From an uncultured Acidobacteriota bacterium (GTDB lineage Bacteria > Acidobacteriota > Vicinamibacteria > Vicinamibacterales > Fen-181), in the NCBI GenBank assembly GCA_963717945.1, contig CAVQXT010000007.1, positions 1,174,270 through 1,238,269 of the forward strand: a stretch of 64,000 nucleotides of DNA. The letters run 5' to 3'. The position numbers were made by a program, and so were the translations under genes. The notes beneath the pieces were generated by a model. It made no database searches. It had not been told where the DNA came from and saw nothing but the letters and a program-made list of their open reading frames with translations. Below are positions 49,433 to 59,229 of the stretch, in pieces. Positions within the stretch are counted from its first letter, which is position 1. Every line of letters begins with the position of its first letter.

Positions 49433-50147
49433 TCTTCGACACCTGGGCCAGCGGATCGCGTCGCGCCAGGGCCTCGACGAGCGGCTCGTTCAGGAAGGCG
49501 ATCGCCGGGGCCATGCGCTCGAACTGCCGGACGACGGTGGCGTAGAAGGCCGGGCTCACCGCGAAGGCCGCCGGGTAGTCCTTCCCGAAGATGAACTGCT
49601 TGAGCTTCAGGTACTCCGCCGCGGGGTGATCGGGCGGGTAGCCGCGGGGGACGCGCTTGAGGCTGTCTCCGTAAACGGGCCCGACCGTCCGCTTGAACGT
49701 CGGCGATTCCACCAGCGTGCGGAAACGGCTGTAGTTCGCCGCCAGGTACTCGCGCAGCGCGTGCAGGTCGGGAGGCTCGGGCATGTAGACGCCGCCGACG
49801 AGCATCGCGCCATCGGGGCCGATCTCGAGGTACAGGCTCGCGCCCCGGTGGCGGGGCAGATCGCGGTGCGGGAAGATCGCGCCCACCTGCGTCTTGAACG
49901 GGAGCTTGTTGGAGCTGAAACGCGTGTCGCGGTAGATCCGGTAGAGCGACGCGCGCGGCGACGCGACGAGATCGGGAGCGAAGGCGCGAAGGTCGAGGGC
50001 GAGGCGTTCGACCAGCGCGACCATCGGCTGCCGCACGTCGCGCTCGTACGCGTCCCGGTGCCCGGCGAACCACGCGCGGTCGTTGTGGCGCTTGAGGCCG
50101 CGCAGGAAGGTCAGCGTTCGAGGGGTGAAGCAGGGAGTATTGGTCAC
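49410..50147 (-). CDS. DUF2461 family protein
   Basis: [21 protein letters not shown]..., [10 protein letters not shown]. Confidence 0.8.
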   Translation of the reverse strand: MTNTPCFTPRTLTFLRGLKRHNDRAWFAGHRDAYERDVRQPMVALVERLALDLRAFAPDLVASPRASLYRIYRDTRFSSNKLPFKTQVGAIFPHRDLPRHRGASLYLEIGPDGAMLVGGVYMPEPPDLHALREYLAANYSRFRTLVESPTFKRTVGPVYGDSLKRVPRGYPPDHPAAEYLKLKQFIFGKDYPAAFAVSPAFYATVVRQFERMAPAIAFLNEPLVEALARRDPLAQVSKIKRGRLA

Positions 50148-50182
50148 TGAGGGAAGTATACTGGACTCAGGGAGTCCTTAAA

Positions 50183-51133
50183 ATGCTCATTCGTCGCCCT
50201 CCGGACATACCCTCGTCCGAGATCACCGACGAGCGGCTGTACCTGAAACGCCGCGAGTTCATCGAGACGGTCGGCCTGGCCGCGGCCGGTCTGGCCGCCG
50301 GCGTCGTGAGCCTCGACGCGCAGCCGGCCGGTCGTCCGCCCAGGCTGGAGCACGTAGGCAAAGGCCCGTTCGGGACGACGGAAGCGATGACGCCCTACGA
50401 GGACGTCACCACCTACAACAACTTCTACGAATTCGGCTCCGACAAGTCGTCGCCCTCGCAGCGCGCGGGGTCTCTCAGGACGCGCCCGTGGACCGTGAAA
50501 GTCGACGGTGAGTGCAACCATCCCGCCGACTACGAGTTCGACGATCTCGTGAAGCCATACACGCTCGAGGAGCGCGTTTACCGGATGCGCTGCGTCGAGG
50601 GCTGGTCGATGGTCATCCCCTGGGTCGGGTTCCCGCTCGGCGGCCTCATCAAGCGGTTCGAGCCGACATCCCGGGCGAAGTTCGTCGAGTTCACGACGCT
50701 CCTCGACCCGCGGCAGATGCCGGGCCAGCGCAGCTCGGTGCTGGAATGGCCCTACGTCGAGGGGCTCAGGCTCGACGAGGCGATGAACCCGCTCACGATC
50801 CTGGCGGTCGGCCTCTACGGCGTCGCGTTGCCCAACCAGGACGGGGCGCCGCTCCGCCTGGTGGTGCCGTGGAAGTACGGCTTCAAAGGGATCAAGTCGA
50901 TCGTCCGGATCAGCTTCGTGGAGAACCAGCCGGTCGGCGCGTGGGAGCGTCAGAACTCGCACGAATACGGGTTCTACTCGAACGTCAACCCGCAAGTCGA
51001 TCACCCGCGCTGGAGCCAGGCCACCGAGCGGCGCATCGGTGAGTTCTTCAGGCGCAAGACGCTGCTGTTCAACGGCTACGGCGACCAGGTGGCGGGCCTT
51101 TACGCGGGGATGGACCTGAGGAAGTACTTCTGA
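50183..51133 (+). CDS. msrP: protein-methionine-sulfoxide reductase catalytic subunit MsrP (YedY)
   Basis: Tat-like leader (KRREFIET), [29 protein letters not shown]. Confidence 0.9.
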   Translation: MLIRRPPDIPSSEITDERLYLKRREFIETVGLAAAGLAAGVVSLDAQPAGRPPRLEHVGKGPFGTTEAMTPYEDVTTYNNFYEFGSDKSSPSQRAGSLRTRPWTVKVDGECNHPADYEFDDLVKPYTLEERVYRMRCVEGWSMVIPWVGFPLGGLIKRFEPTSRAKFVEFTTLLDPRQMPGQRSSVLEWPYVEGLRLDEAMNPLTILAVGLYGVALPNQDGAPLRLVVPWKYGFKGIKSIVRISFVENQPVGAWERQNSHEYGFYSNVNPQVDHPRWSQATERRIGEFFRRKTLLFNGYGDQVAGLYAGMDLRKYF

Positions 51134-51807
51134 TGTCCGCCACGCGCGTGCTCAGGTTCGTCGTCAAGCCGGCGGTGTTCGCGGCCGCGCTCGTGCCGCT
51201 CGGCCTCCTCGTGAGGGGCGCTGTGTCGAACGCGCTCGGCGCCAACCCGATCGAGGCGGTGACGCACACGACCGGTGACTGGACGCTGCGCTTCCTGCTG
51301 CTGACGCTCGCCGTGACGCCGCTGCGCTGGCTCACCGGGTGGAACCCGCTCGTGCGCTTCCGGCGCCTGCTCGGCCTGTTCGCGTTCTTCTACGGCACCC
51401 TGCACCTGCTCACCTACGTGGTGCTCGACAAGTTCTTCGCGTGGCACGAGATCTGGCGCGACGTCATGCACCGGCGTTTCATCATGGTCGGCGCGCTGGC
51501 CTTCACCGTGCTGGTGCCGCTGGCCGCCACCTCGACCGCCGGGATGATCCGCCGGCTGGGCGGCCCCGCGTGGCGGGCGCTGCACCGGCTCGTCTACCTC
51601 TCGGCCGTTGCCGGCGTCATCCACTACTGGTGGCTCGTGAAGGCGGATATTTCGAAACCGAGGATCTATGCGGCGGTGCTGGGCACGCTGTTCAGCGTGC
51701 GGCTGGCGGTGGCCTGGCGCCGGCGACAGCAGACTACCGGGCGGGTTCGCCCCCGCGCTTCGATCGCAGCCAGCCGACAATCGCCGGAAGCAGCGACAGG
51801 AAGATGA
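51133..51807 (+). CDS. msrQ: protein-methionine-sulfoxide reductase heme-binding subunit MsrQ (YedZ)
   Basis: TGATG overlap with msrP. Ferric-reductase-like TM protein with conserved His residues (HLLTY..., HRLVYL..., IHYWW). Confidence 0.9.
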   Translation: MSATRVLRFVVKPAVFAAALVPLGLLVRGAVSNALGANPIEAVTHTTGDWTLRFLLLTLAVTPLRWLTGWNPLVRFRRLLGLFAFFYGTLHLLTYVVLDKFFAWHEIWRDVMHRRFIMVGALAFTVLVPLAATSTAGMIRRLGGPAWRALHRLVYLSAVAGVIHYWWLVKADISKPRIYAAVLGTLFSVRLAVAWRRRQQTTGRVRPRASIAASRQSPEAATGR

Positions 51808-52396
51808 CGACGGCGATCACGAGGTCCACCCGGCCCCGCACGAGGTCCGGGGCCGCCATCCCGAGCAAGTACCCGGTCAGGCACATCGACGTGACCCATA
51901 AGGCGCCGCCGACGACGTTGAACATCGCGAACCGGCGGTAGCTCATGCCGGCCGCGCCGGCGACAACCGGGGCGAAGGTCCGGACGACAGGCATGAACCG
52001 CGCAATCACGATCGTCTTGCCGCCGTGGCGTTCGTAGAAGGCGTGCGTGCGGATCAGGTGCTCGCGCCTGAAGAAGAAGGAGTCCGGGCGGCTATACAGC
52101 TTCTGGCCGGCCTTGTGGCCGATGAAGTAGCCGGTCGCGTCGCCGACCACCGCGGCGACGAGAAGACAGAGGATGAGCGTCACGATCTCCAGGTCTCCGC
52201 GGGCGGCGAAGATGCCGGCGGTGACGAGGAGTGAGTCCCCCGGAAGGAAGAACCCCACCATCAGCCCGGTCTCCGCGAAGACGATGAAGCTCAGGCCGGA
52301 GAGACCGGCCAGTCCGACGAGTCTCTCGACGTCGTACACGGTTCGGAAGAACTCCCGAATCCAATCCACTCCGCACACTCCTGTCAGCCGTCCCAC
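51734..52396 (-). CDS. DedA family membrane protein
   Basis: FAETGLMVGFFLPGDSLLVTAG..., GKTIVIARFMPVVRTFAP. Confidence 0.85.
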   Translation of the reverse strand: MGRLTGVCGVDWIREFFRTVYDVERLVGLAGLSGLSFIVFAETGLMVGFFLPGDSLLVTAGIFAARGDLEIVTLILCLLVAAVVGDATGYFIGHKAGQKLYSRPDSFFFRREHLIRTHAFYERHGGKTIVIARFMPVVRTFAPVVAGAAGMSYRRFAMFNVVGGALWVTSMCLTGYLLGMAAPDLVRGRVDLVIAVVIFLSLLPAIVGWLRSKRGGEPAR

Positions 52397-52556
52397 GCGC
52401 GGGAAAGGGGCAGATTATATCCCGAATGGACCGGTACCCACCGGGGCCGTTCCGATCAATACTCAGTCGGGCACGCTCAACTGGTCCTGGTCGTCAGCGG
52501 GCCCCGTCCGTCGCTTGTTCGGTCCGAACCGCCCGGGGACCAGCCGAGGAGGGCAT

Positions 52557-53240
52557 ATGGACACCCATCACGCCGCCGCCGTGCAGGATGGTGAACGAGC
52601 GGACATCGTGGCCATGGCCGACGAGATCGTGCAGATGCTGGGGCACGTTCGCGACGGGTTCGGCCGCCTCGACCCGCAGCTGGTGGAACAGGCGTCGCGG
52701 CTCGGCCGGCTCGTGCACAAGCAGGAGCAGGGGGTGCTCGAGCGGCTGGCGCGGCAGTCGGTCGCGGCGAGAATCGCCGGCGCGGCCCGCAACGAAGACG
52801 TGGTCTTCGTGCCGATGCACCTCGAGCGGATCGCCGAGAACGTCGAGCGGCTGGCCGCGTCGACGGTGAAGGTCGTGCGGGAAGGCACGCTGTTCACCGA
52901 CCGGGCGGTGAGAGAGGTGGGCGGCCTGATAGCGTCGGCGATCGAGATCCTCGAGGGCGTGCGCGACGCGATCAGGACCGGCAACCTGGTGCTGGTGCGC
53001 TACGTCATCGAGGCCGGCCGATCGTGCGAGGCGCGCGTGAACGAGTACGCCCACTTCCACGAGAAGCGGCTGATCGAAGGCGTGTGCCAGCCGCGGGCGT
53101 CGTCGATCTACCTGATGATGCTCGACGACATCCGGGGGATCGAGTGGCACGCGCGGCAGATTGCGGAGAAGCTCCACGGGATGCCGCCGCCGGGCGGCGC
53201 CGCGCCGGGAGATCGGCGCGGTCACCCCATCGACCTGTGA
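52557..53240 (+). CDS. PhoU-like domain protein (weak assignment)
   Basis: All-helical, 227 aa, with repeated patterns such as ...HLERIAENVERLA... and ...DIRGIEWHARQIAEKL resembling PhoU / Na-Pi cotransporter C-terminal repeats. GGAGG Shine-Dalgarno before ATG 52557. Confidence 0.5.
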   Translation: MDTHHAAAVQDGERADIVAMADEIVQMLGHVRDGFGRLDPQLVEQASRLGRLVHKQEQGVLERLARQSVAARIAGAARNEDVVFVPMHLERIAENVERLAASTVKVVREGTLFTDRAVREVGGLIASAIEILEGVRDAIRTGNLVLVRYVIEAGRSCEARVNEYAHFHEKRLIEGVCQPRASSIYLMMLDDIRGIEWHARQIAEKLHGMPPPGGAAPGDRRGHPIDL

Positions 53241-53289
53241 CGCCGCGCGGCCGCCGTGCCTGGCGTCGGGCTGAGACAGGGACCTGCTG

Positions 53290-56025
53290 ATGCGACGTGT
53301 GTTTGCGCCCTGGTGGGTCGTTCCCTGTGCGGCCTCCTTCCTGGCGTACTTCCTGCTCCTCGTCTATTGCGACGTCTGGCGGCCCGAGGCCGAGGGACTC
53401 AGGCTCACGTCGTCGGCCGGGCTGAATGGCCTGCTCGTGGAGGCCGTGTCGCCGGGATCGCCGGCGGAACGGGCCGGGATTCGCGAGGGCGACACGATCC
53501 TCTCGGCTGACCGGCGGCCCCTCAGGTCGCGGCTGGAGTGGGAAGCCTTCGAGACCAACCTCCGTTTCGACCGCCCCCTTTCGATCGAGGTGTCGCACGG
53601 CGGCGCCTCGCGACGCGTCGAGTGGACCGTGGCGCGGGAAAGTTGGAACTACTGGCTGGGCCGCGAGGGCGTCGAGCTGCTGCTGACCAGGCTGGTCCAG
53701 CTTGTGTCGCTCAGCCTCGGCCTTTTCGTCGTCTTCAAGCGTCCCGACGATTTCGGCGCCAGAGTCGGCGGCTGGCTGCTGGCCACGTTCGGCGTGTTCT
53801 GTCTCGCCTTTCCGTACCGGCTCTTCGACGTCTGGCGCGAGCTGCCGGCGGCAGCCGGCGTCGTGCTCTGGATGCCGCTCATTAGCACGAGCCTGCTGCC
53901 CGGACTGCTGCTGGCGTTCTTCCTCTGCTTTCCGCGGCGCGTGCTGCACTCCACCCTGGCGTGGGTCGGCATCTGGGCCCCCGCCCTGGCCGTCGGTGCG
54001 CGGCAGGCCTGGTTCCAGCTGAACTTCGTCTACCGGGCGGGAGCCGATCGGCTGCCGGACCAGTGGTTCGGATGGCGGTTCGGCGTGGCCATGGGCTACC
54101 TGTGCGCGGCCGCGGTCGTGGCGCTCGTCAGATACCGCCGCGCGGAACCGACCGAGGGCCGCCGGCTGGCGGTGATGGCCCTCGGAGGCGGCCTGGGCGC
54201 GGTCGGGGGAGGTTTCATCGCGTTCGTGTTCTGGCGCGGGTCGCAGACGGCCGTGTTTGCCTCGCCCTGGGTTGCCCTCGCCACGCTCTTGCTGCTTGTC
54301 GTGCCGCTCTCGTTCACCTACGCCATCCTGCGCCATCGCCTGTTCGATGTCACCCTCATGATTCGGCAGGGCGTGCGCTACGCCCTGGCGCGGCGCCTGC
54401 TGCTGTCGATCGTGCCGGCGCTGGCCGCCCTGATGGTGCTCGACGCCTACTGGCACCGCGACCGGGCGATCGAAGCCCAGTTCGTCGCGCGCGCGCCGAT
54501 CTACGGCCTGCTGTCGGTGCTGGCGCTGGTCGCCGCGCATCAGCGCCAGCGCTGGCTCGACGGCCTCGACAAGCGCTTCTTCCGCGACCGGTACGACGCC
54601 CGGCGCCTGCTGCACGAAGTCGTCGACGACGTTCGCCATTCGCCCGGGCTGCCGGAGGCCGCCCCGCTCGTCGTGGATCAGATCGCGCGCGCGCTGCACC
54701 CGCAGTTCGTGACGCTGCTGGCGCAGCGGGCCGAAGGGGGGCCGTACGAGGCGATGGCGGCCGCGCCGCCATCGGCCGGACCGGCGGACCTCGCGGCCGG
54801 CTCGAAGCTGGTGGCGCTCGCCCGGCTCCTCGGAGAGCCGCTGGATCTGTCGGCGGCAGGTGACGGATGGCTGGCCTCCCGGTTGTCGCCGGTCGAAACG
54901 TCGGTCGTCGAACGGCTCGGACTCGAGATGGTGGTGCCGATCGATCCGGGCCGCGGGCGCCCGGCCGCGCTGCTGGCGCTCGGGGCCCGCCGATCCGAGG
55001 AGCCGTATGCGGAGGAGGACCGCCAGATGCTCAGGACGATCGCCCAGAGCCTGGCCGTGCTCGAGGGGCGCGAGCGGGGCGACCCGTCCCTGGAGACGGT
55101 GTTCGCCGAGTGCGGGCGGTGCGGCGCTTGTTACGATCACGGCACCGAGGTCTGCCCGGCGGACGCCAGCCCGCTCGCGCCCGTCGCCCTGCCGCGCGTG
55201 CTCTCGCGGCGCTACCGCCTCGAGCGCCGACTGGGCCGCGGCGGGATGGGCGTGGTCTACGCCGCGTCGGACCTCTCGCTCGGCCGGACCGTCGCGGTCA
55301 AGGTGCTTCGCGAGGAACTGGTGCACGATGTCGAGAGTGCCGGCCGCTTCGAGCGCGAGGCGCGGGTGTCGGCCATGTTCACCCACCCGAACGTCGTCAC
55401 GGTGCACGACTTCGGCGTGGCGTCGGGCTCGCGGGCCTTTCTCGTGATGGAACTGCTCGAGGGCACGAGGCTCAGGGACGAGATCGACCGCGGTCCGATG
55501 AGCGGCGCCCGCGTCCTCTCGATCATGCGCGGCGTGTGTTCGGCCGTCGATGCCGCGCACCGCCGGCAGCTGGTGCATCGCGACCTCAAGCCGGAGAACG
55601 TCTTCCTCGTCCGCGGCGACGTCGGTGAGACACCGAAGGTTCTCGACTTCGGCATCGCCAAGGTGCTGTCAGGCGGCGCCTCGTCCTCGCCGCTCGACAC
55701 GGGCCTCGGGGTGGTGGTCGGGACGCCGCGGTACATGGCGCCCGAGCAGCTCCGTGGAGGATCGCCGGAGCCCTCCTGGGACGTCTGGGCCCTCGCCGTG
55801 GTGGTGTACGAGATGTTGACGGGATCCCATCCATTCGCCACACTGGCCCTCGGCGTCGCCGGTGCGGAGCCGAGCGCAGGGCCGGCGTGGGCCGCGGAGG
55901 ATGGCCGCGTCCCGGCGGCGTGGCGGCCGTTCTTCTCCCGGTGGCTCGCCGTCGAGCCGGCCGGGCGGCCGGCCGACGCGCGGGGGGTGTTCGACGAGCT
56001 GGCGCAGATGCTGGAGCAGGAGTGA
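53290..56025 (+). CDS. multidomain sensor Ser/Thr kinase: TM, PDZ, polytopic membrane region, linker, Zn-ribbon, kinase domain
   Basis: PDZ (LLVEAVSPGSPAERAGIREGDTILS), about 8 TM helices, CGRCGACYDHGTEVCPADASPL, then kinase motifs GRGGMGVVY, AVKVL, HRDLKPENV, DFGIAK, APEQ. Confidence 0.85.
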   Translation: MRRVFAPWWVVPCAASFLAYFLLLVYCDVWRPEAEGLRLTSSAGLNGLLVEAVSPGSPAERAGIREGDTILSADRRPLRSRLEWEAFETNLRFDRPLSIEVSHGGASRRVEWTVARESWNYWLGREGVELLLTRLVQLVSLSLGLFVVFKRPDDFGARVGGWLLATFGVFCLAFPYRLFDVWRELPAAAGVVLWMPLISTSLLPGLLLAFFLCFPRRVLHSTLAWVGIWAPALAVGARQAWFQLNFVYRAGADRLPDQWFGWRFGVAMGYLCAAAVVALVRYRRAEPTEGRRLAVMALGGGLGAVGGGFIAFVFWRGSQTAVFASPWVALATLLLLVVPLSFTYAILRHRLFDVTLMIRQGVRYALARRLLLSIVPALAALMVLDAYWHRDRAIEAQFVARAPIYGLLSVLALVAAHQRQRWLDGLDKRFFRDRYDARRLLHEVVDDVRHSPGLPEAAPLVVDQIARALHPQFVTLLAQRAEGGPYEAMAAAPPSAGPADLAAGSKLVALARLLGEPLDLSAAGDGWLASRLSPVETSVVERLGLEMVVPIDPGRGRPAALLALGARRSEEPYAEEDRQMLRTIAQSLAVLEGRERGDPSLETVFAECGRCGACYDHGTEVCPADASPLAPVALPRVLSRRYRLERRLGRGGMGVVYAASDLSLGRTVAVKVLREELVHDVESAGRFEREARVSAMFTHPNVVTVHDFGVASGSRAFLVMELLEGTRLRDEIDRGPMSGARVLSIMRGVCSAVDAAHRRQLVHRDLKPENVFLVRGDVGETPKVLDFGIAKVLSGGASSSPLDTGLGVVVGTPRYMAPEQLRGGSPEPSWDVWALAVVVYEMLTGSHPFATLALGVAGAEPSAGPAWAAEDGRVPAAWRPFFSRWLAVEPAGRPADARGVFDELAQMLEQE

Positions 56026-56026
56026 G

Positions 56027-56782
56027 ATGACCGATCAGCCTGAAGACCCATCGGCGGGGGCCCGCGACCGGCGGCGGTTCGCCACCACGAGGTGGAGCCA
56101 GGTGCTCGCAGCCGGCCAGACCGGCGCCGACGGATCGCGGGAGGCGCTCTCGCGCCTGTGCGAGTCGTACTGGTATCCGCTCTACGTCTACGTCCGGCGC
56201 TGGGGGTACGACGCGGACCAGGCGCAGGACCTGACGCAGGAGTTCTTCTCCCGGCTGCTCGAGAAGCACTACCTGAAGGCCGCCGACCCGTTGCGCGGGA
56301 GGTTCCGGTCGTTCCTGCTGGCCTCGCTCAAGCACTTCCTGTCCAACGAGCGGGATCGCGCCGGCGCCGTCAAGCGCGGCGGCCGGGCCACGGTGATTCC
56401 GCTGGAGATCGAGAACGCGGAGGGTCGATACAGCCTCGAGCCGCCCGACGACGAAACGCCGGAGACGATCTACGAACGTCGCTGGGCGCTCACACTGCTC
56501 GAGCGCACGCTGGCGCGGCTGTCACGCGAATTCGAGGCGTCGGGCAAGCGGGCGCTCTTCGCCCGGCTCGAGGGGTATCTCACCGGCGAGCAGGAGACGC
56601 TCCCGTACGCGGAGCTGGCCTCGGAGCTGGGCATGAGCGAGGGCGCGGTCAAGGTGATGATCCACCGGCTGCGCCGCCGGTTCGGCGCGCTGCTTCGCGA
56701 GGAAGTCGGCGACACCGTGTCGGCTCCCGCGGAGGTGGACGACGAGATTCGCGAGCTGTTTCGCGCGTTGAAGGGGGAGTGA
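56027..56782 (+). CDS. ECF-type RNA polymerase sigma factor of the kinase-associated kind
   Basis: RFATTRWSQVLAAG..., region 2 (YWYPLYVYVRRWGYDADQAQDLTQEFF) and region 4 (LPYAELASELGMSEGAVKVMIHRLRRR). Starts 1 nt after the kinase stop. Confidence 0.85.
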   Translation: MTDQPEDPSAGARDRRRFATTRWSQVLAAGQTGADGSREALSRLCESYWYPLYVYVRRWGYDADQAQDLTQEFFSRLLEKHYLKAADPLRGRFRSFLLASLKHFLSNERDRAGAVKRGGRATVIPLEIENAEGRYSLEPPDDETPETIYERRWALTLLERTLARLSREFEASGKRALFARLEGYLTGEQETLPYAELASELGMSEGAVKVMIHRLRRRFGALLREEVGDTVSAPAEVDDEIRELFRALKGE

Positions 56783-56788
56783 GAGGCG

Positions 56789-57559
56789 GTGGCGGCTCCG
56801 ACCGATTGTCCGCGCTGCGGCCGCACGTCGCCCGGTCTCGGGAGGGCAGGGCTCTGCCCGTCGTGCCTGCTCGGCCTCGCGCTCGACGCCGACCACTCGC
56901 CGGAGTGCGACGATCAGTCGGACGCGCCGGCTCCCGTCTACAGGGTGCTCACCGTCCTGGCGTCCGAGCCGGCCCGCACGATGTACCTCGCCGAAGAGGA
57001 CGGAACGCGGCGGCTCCTGACGCTGGACGTCGTGCGAACGGCCCGGATTGCCGGCGCGGCCGAACCCTCCTGGCTCGACCAGCGCCTCCGCGCCCTGACC
57101 CGGTGGGTCCACCCGAGCGTGCCGCGCGTCGTCGACGGGCGTCGCACTGCCGCCGGCGATTACTGCGTCATCGCCCACTACGCGAGCGGGCCGCCGCTCG
57201 ACCGGTACTGCCAGGCGCGGCGCCTCGACGGGCCGGGCCGGGCGCGCCTGTTCGCGCAGGTGTGCGAAGCCGTCGCCGACGGCCACCGCCACGGCGTCTG
57301 TCACGGGCGGCTGCGCCCGGACCTGGTCGTCGCGGGCGCCGCCGGTGACGGCGTCGTTCCGCTCGTCCTGGGCTATTCGTTGCTGCCCGAGCGGGTGCCG
57401 ACCGTCGAAGACGATCTTCCCGCGCTCGAACTTCTGGCGCGCGCGATGGGCTGGCAGGGCCAGCCGGGACGCTCGTGGCGCTCGGTGGACGACCTGCTGG
57501 CGGCGGCGTCGGCCGACTGGCCGCCGCCGACAGGACAGAATGAGGGGCGCCGTGGCTGA
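56789..57559 (+). CDS. Zn-ribbon plus degenerate kinase-like domain (probable pseudokinase)
   Basis: CPRCGRTSPGLGRAGLCPSCLLGL; the catalytic-loop equivalent reads HGVCHGRLRPDLV (no HRD Asp); no recognisable glycine-rich loop/VAIK or DFG motif. Confidence 0.55.
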   Translation: MAAPTDCPRCGRTSPGLGRAGLCPSCLLGLALDADHSPECDDQSDAPAPVYRVLTVLASEPARTMYLAEEDGTRRLLTLDVVRTARIAGAAEPSWLDQRLRALTRWVHPSVPRVVDGRRTAAGDYCVIAHYASGPPLDRYCQARRLDGPGRARLFAQVCEAVADGHRHGVCHGRLRPDLVVAGAAGDGVVPLVLGYSLLPERVPTVEDDLPALELLARAMGWQGQPGRSWRSVDDLLAAASADWPPPTGQNEGRRG

Positions 57560-57998
57560 CCTGCTGGAGTGTCTCATCCAGATCAAGGGCGTTGCCGACA
57601 CGCCCAGGCGCCTGGCGGCCCGCGCGGCGGACGTCCGTACGAACGCACTGTCGCCAGCCGACGGCGAGCGCAGGGTGAGGGAAGTGACGGCTCGGCTGGC
57701 CGCGGCGGAGATGGTCTACCGCGACTGCCTCTCGATGATGCTGACAGTCGAACGACCGACGCTCCCGGCGCTGCCGGGCGTTCATGCGCCGGCGGCGGCG
57801 ACGCTCTCGGCCGCGGAGGCTCACGCCGTGTTCGCGGCGAGGCGCGCCGACACCGTGCAGGTGCTCGAGCAGTGCTCGGCCGAGCAGTTGAACCGAATCG
57901 GCTTCGAGCCGTCCCGCGGGCCGATGACGGTGGCCGACCTCGTGGCGCTCATGCTCGCGCACGACACCGACAGCCTCGGCGAGATCGCCGTCCCATAG
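57540..57998 (+). CDS. DinB family protein
   Basis: 152-aa four-helix-type sequence ending ...LVALMLAHDTDSLGEIA. Overlaps the previous gene by 20 nt. Confidence 0.6.
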   Translation: MRGAVADLLECLIQIKGVADTPRRLAARAADVRTNALSPADGERRVREVTARLAAAEMVYRDCLSMMLTVERPTLPALPGVHAPAAATLSAAEAHAVFAARRADTVQVLEQCSAEQLNRIGFEPSRGPMTVADLVALMLAHDTDSLGEIAVP

Positions 57999-58065
57999 GT
58001 GGGCGTTTCCCCCTGGTAACCAAGTCGGCGATCTCCGTCAGGTCAATCTCAGGAGGCTGCCCGCG

Positions 58066-59229
58066 ATGAATCGAAGCGATCGGCGGCTCGAGCGATGGCT
58101 CGCGGCGGGCGTTATCGACGGGGAGGCGGCTGAGCGAATCCGGACGTTCGAGGCCGAGCGTGAGCGCGGCACCAGCAAGGCCCTGCCGGTGGCGCTGGCG
58201 CTCGGGTTCGGCGGGCTGCTGGTGGCGGCCGGGGTCCTGCTGTTCGTGGCGGCGAACTGGGACCAGATGTCGCCGGCCCTGCGGACGACCGCCGTCCTGT
58301 GCCTGGTGGGCGTCTTTCACGTCGGCGGAGCGGTGGCCGCGGGTCGCTTCGAGGCGCTGGCGACGACAATGCACGCCCTCGGCACTGTCGCTCTCGGCGC
58401 GGGCATCTACCTTGCGGGTCAGATCTTCAACCTGAACGAGCACTGGCCGAGCGCCGTGCTCCTCTGGGCCATCGGGGCGTGGGCGGGCTGCTGGCTCCGC
58501 CGCGACTGGCCGCAGTTCGCCCTGGCGGCGGTCCTGACGCCGGCATGGCTCCTGGCCGAATGGTCCTCGCTCCACTTCTGGGACGCGTGGCGGGTGCCCG
58601 CCCCGGAAGTCGGCATGTTCCTGCTTGCGCTGGCCTACCTGACGGTCGACCGCGGGCGCCTGTCGCGCGCCATCGAACGGACCTTGTCCTGGCTTGGCGC
58701 GCTGTCTCTACCGGTCTGCGCGATCGCATTGGCCATGGCGCCGGTCGCGCGGATAGAGAGAGAGACTCACGACTCGTTCAGGCCGTTTCTCGCCCAGATG
58801 GGGTACAAGGCCATCATCACCCCGACCGAGGCGGCAGTCGCGTGGACCGTGGCGCTCGCCCTGCCGCTTGCCCTCGCGGCGCTTCTTCGCCGACGTGCCG
58901 CCTGGTTGAACGGCGTGGCCGCGCTCTGGGCGATCGCGCTCGTGAACCTTTACGTCTTCCGCAATCGACTCTGGATTTACCCGTGGCTCGCCGTCGGCTG
59001 CGTCGGCGTCGTCTGGTGGGGCCTGCGTGAGCGCCGCGCGGCGCTCGTCAACTTCGCCGCGGCCGGGTTCGCCCTCACCGTCACGGCGTTCTACTTCGAA
59101 ACCGTCATGACGAAGATGAGCCGTTCGGTCAGCCTCATGGGCCTCGGCCTGCTGTTTCTCGTCGGCGGCTACCTGCTCGAACGGGTGAGGCGGCGGATGG
59201 TCGACAACGTGAAAGGGGGTCGGGCATGA
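58066..59229 (+). CDS. DUF2157-like polytopic membrane protein
   Basis: Soluble N-terminus (LERWLAAGVIDGEAAERIRTFE) followed by about 10 TM helices. Confidence 0.7.
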   Translation: MNRSDRRLERWLAAGVIDGEAAERIRTFEAERERGTSKALPVALALGFGGLLVAAGVLLFVAANWDQMSPALRTTAVLCLVGVFHVGGAVAAGRFEALATTMHALGTVALGAGIYLAGQIFNLNEHWPSAVLLWAIGAWAGCWLRRDWPQFALAAVLTPAWLLAEWSSLHFWDAWRVPAPEVGMFLLALAYLTVDRGRLSRAIERTLSWLGALSLPVCAIALAMAPVARIERETHDSFRPFLAQMGYKAIITPTEAAVAWTVALALPLALAALLRRRAAWLNGVAALWAIALVNLYVFRNRLWIYPWLAVGCVGVVWWGLRERRAALVNFAAAGFALTVTAFYFETVMTKMSRSVSLMGLGLLFLVGGYLLERVRRRMVDNVKGGRA

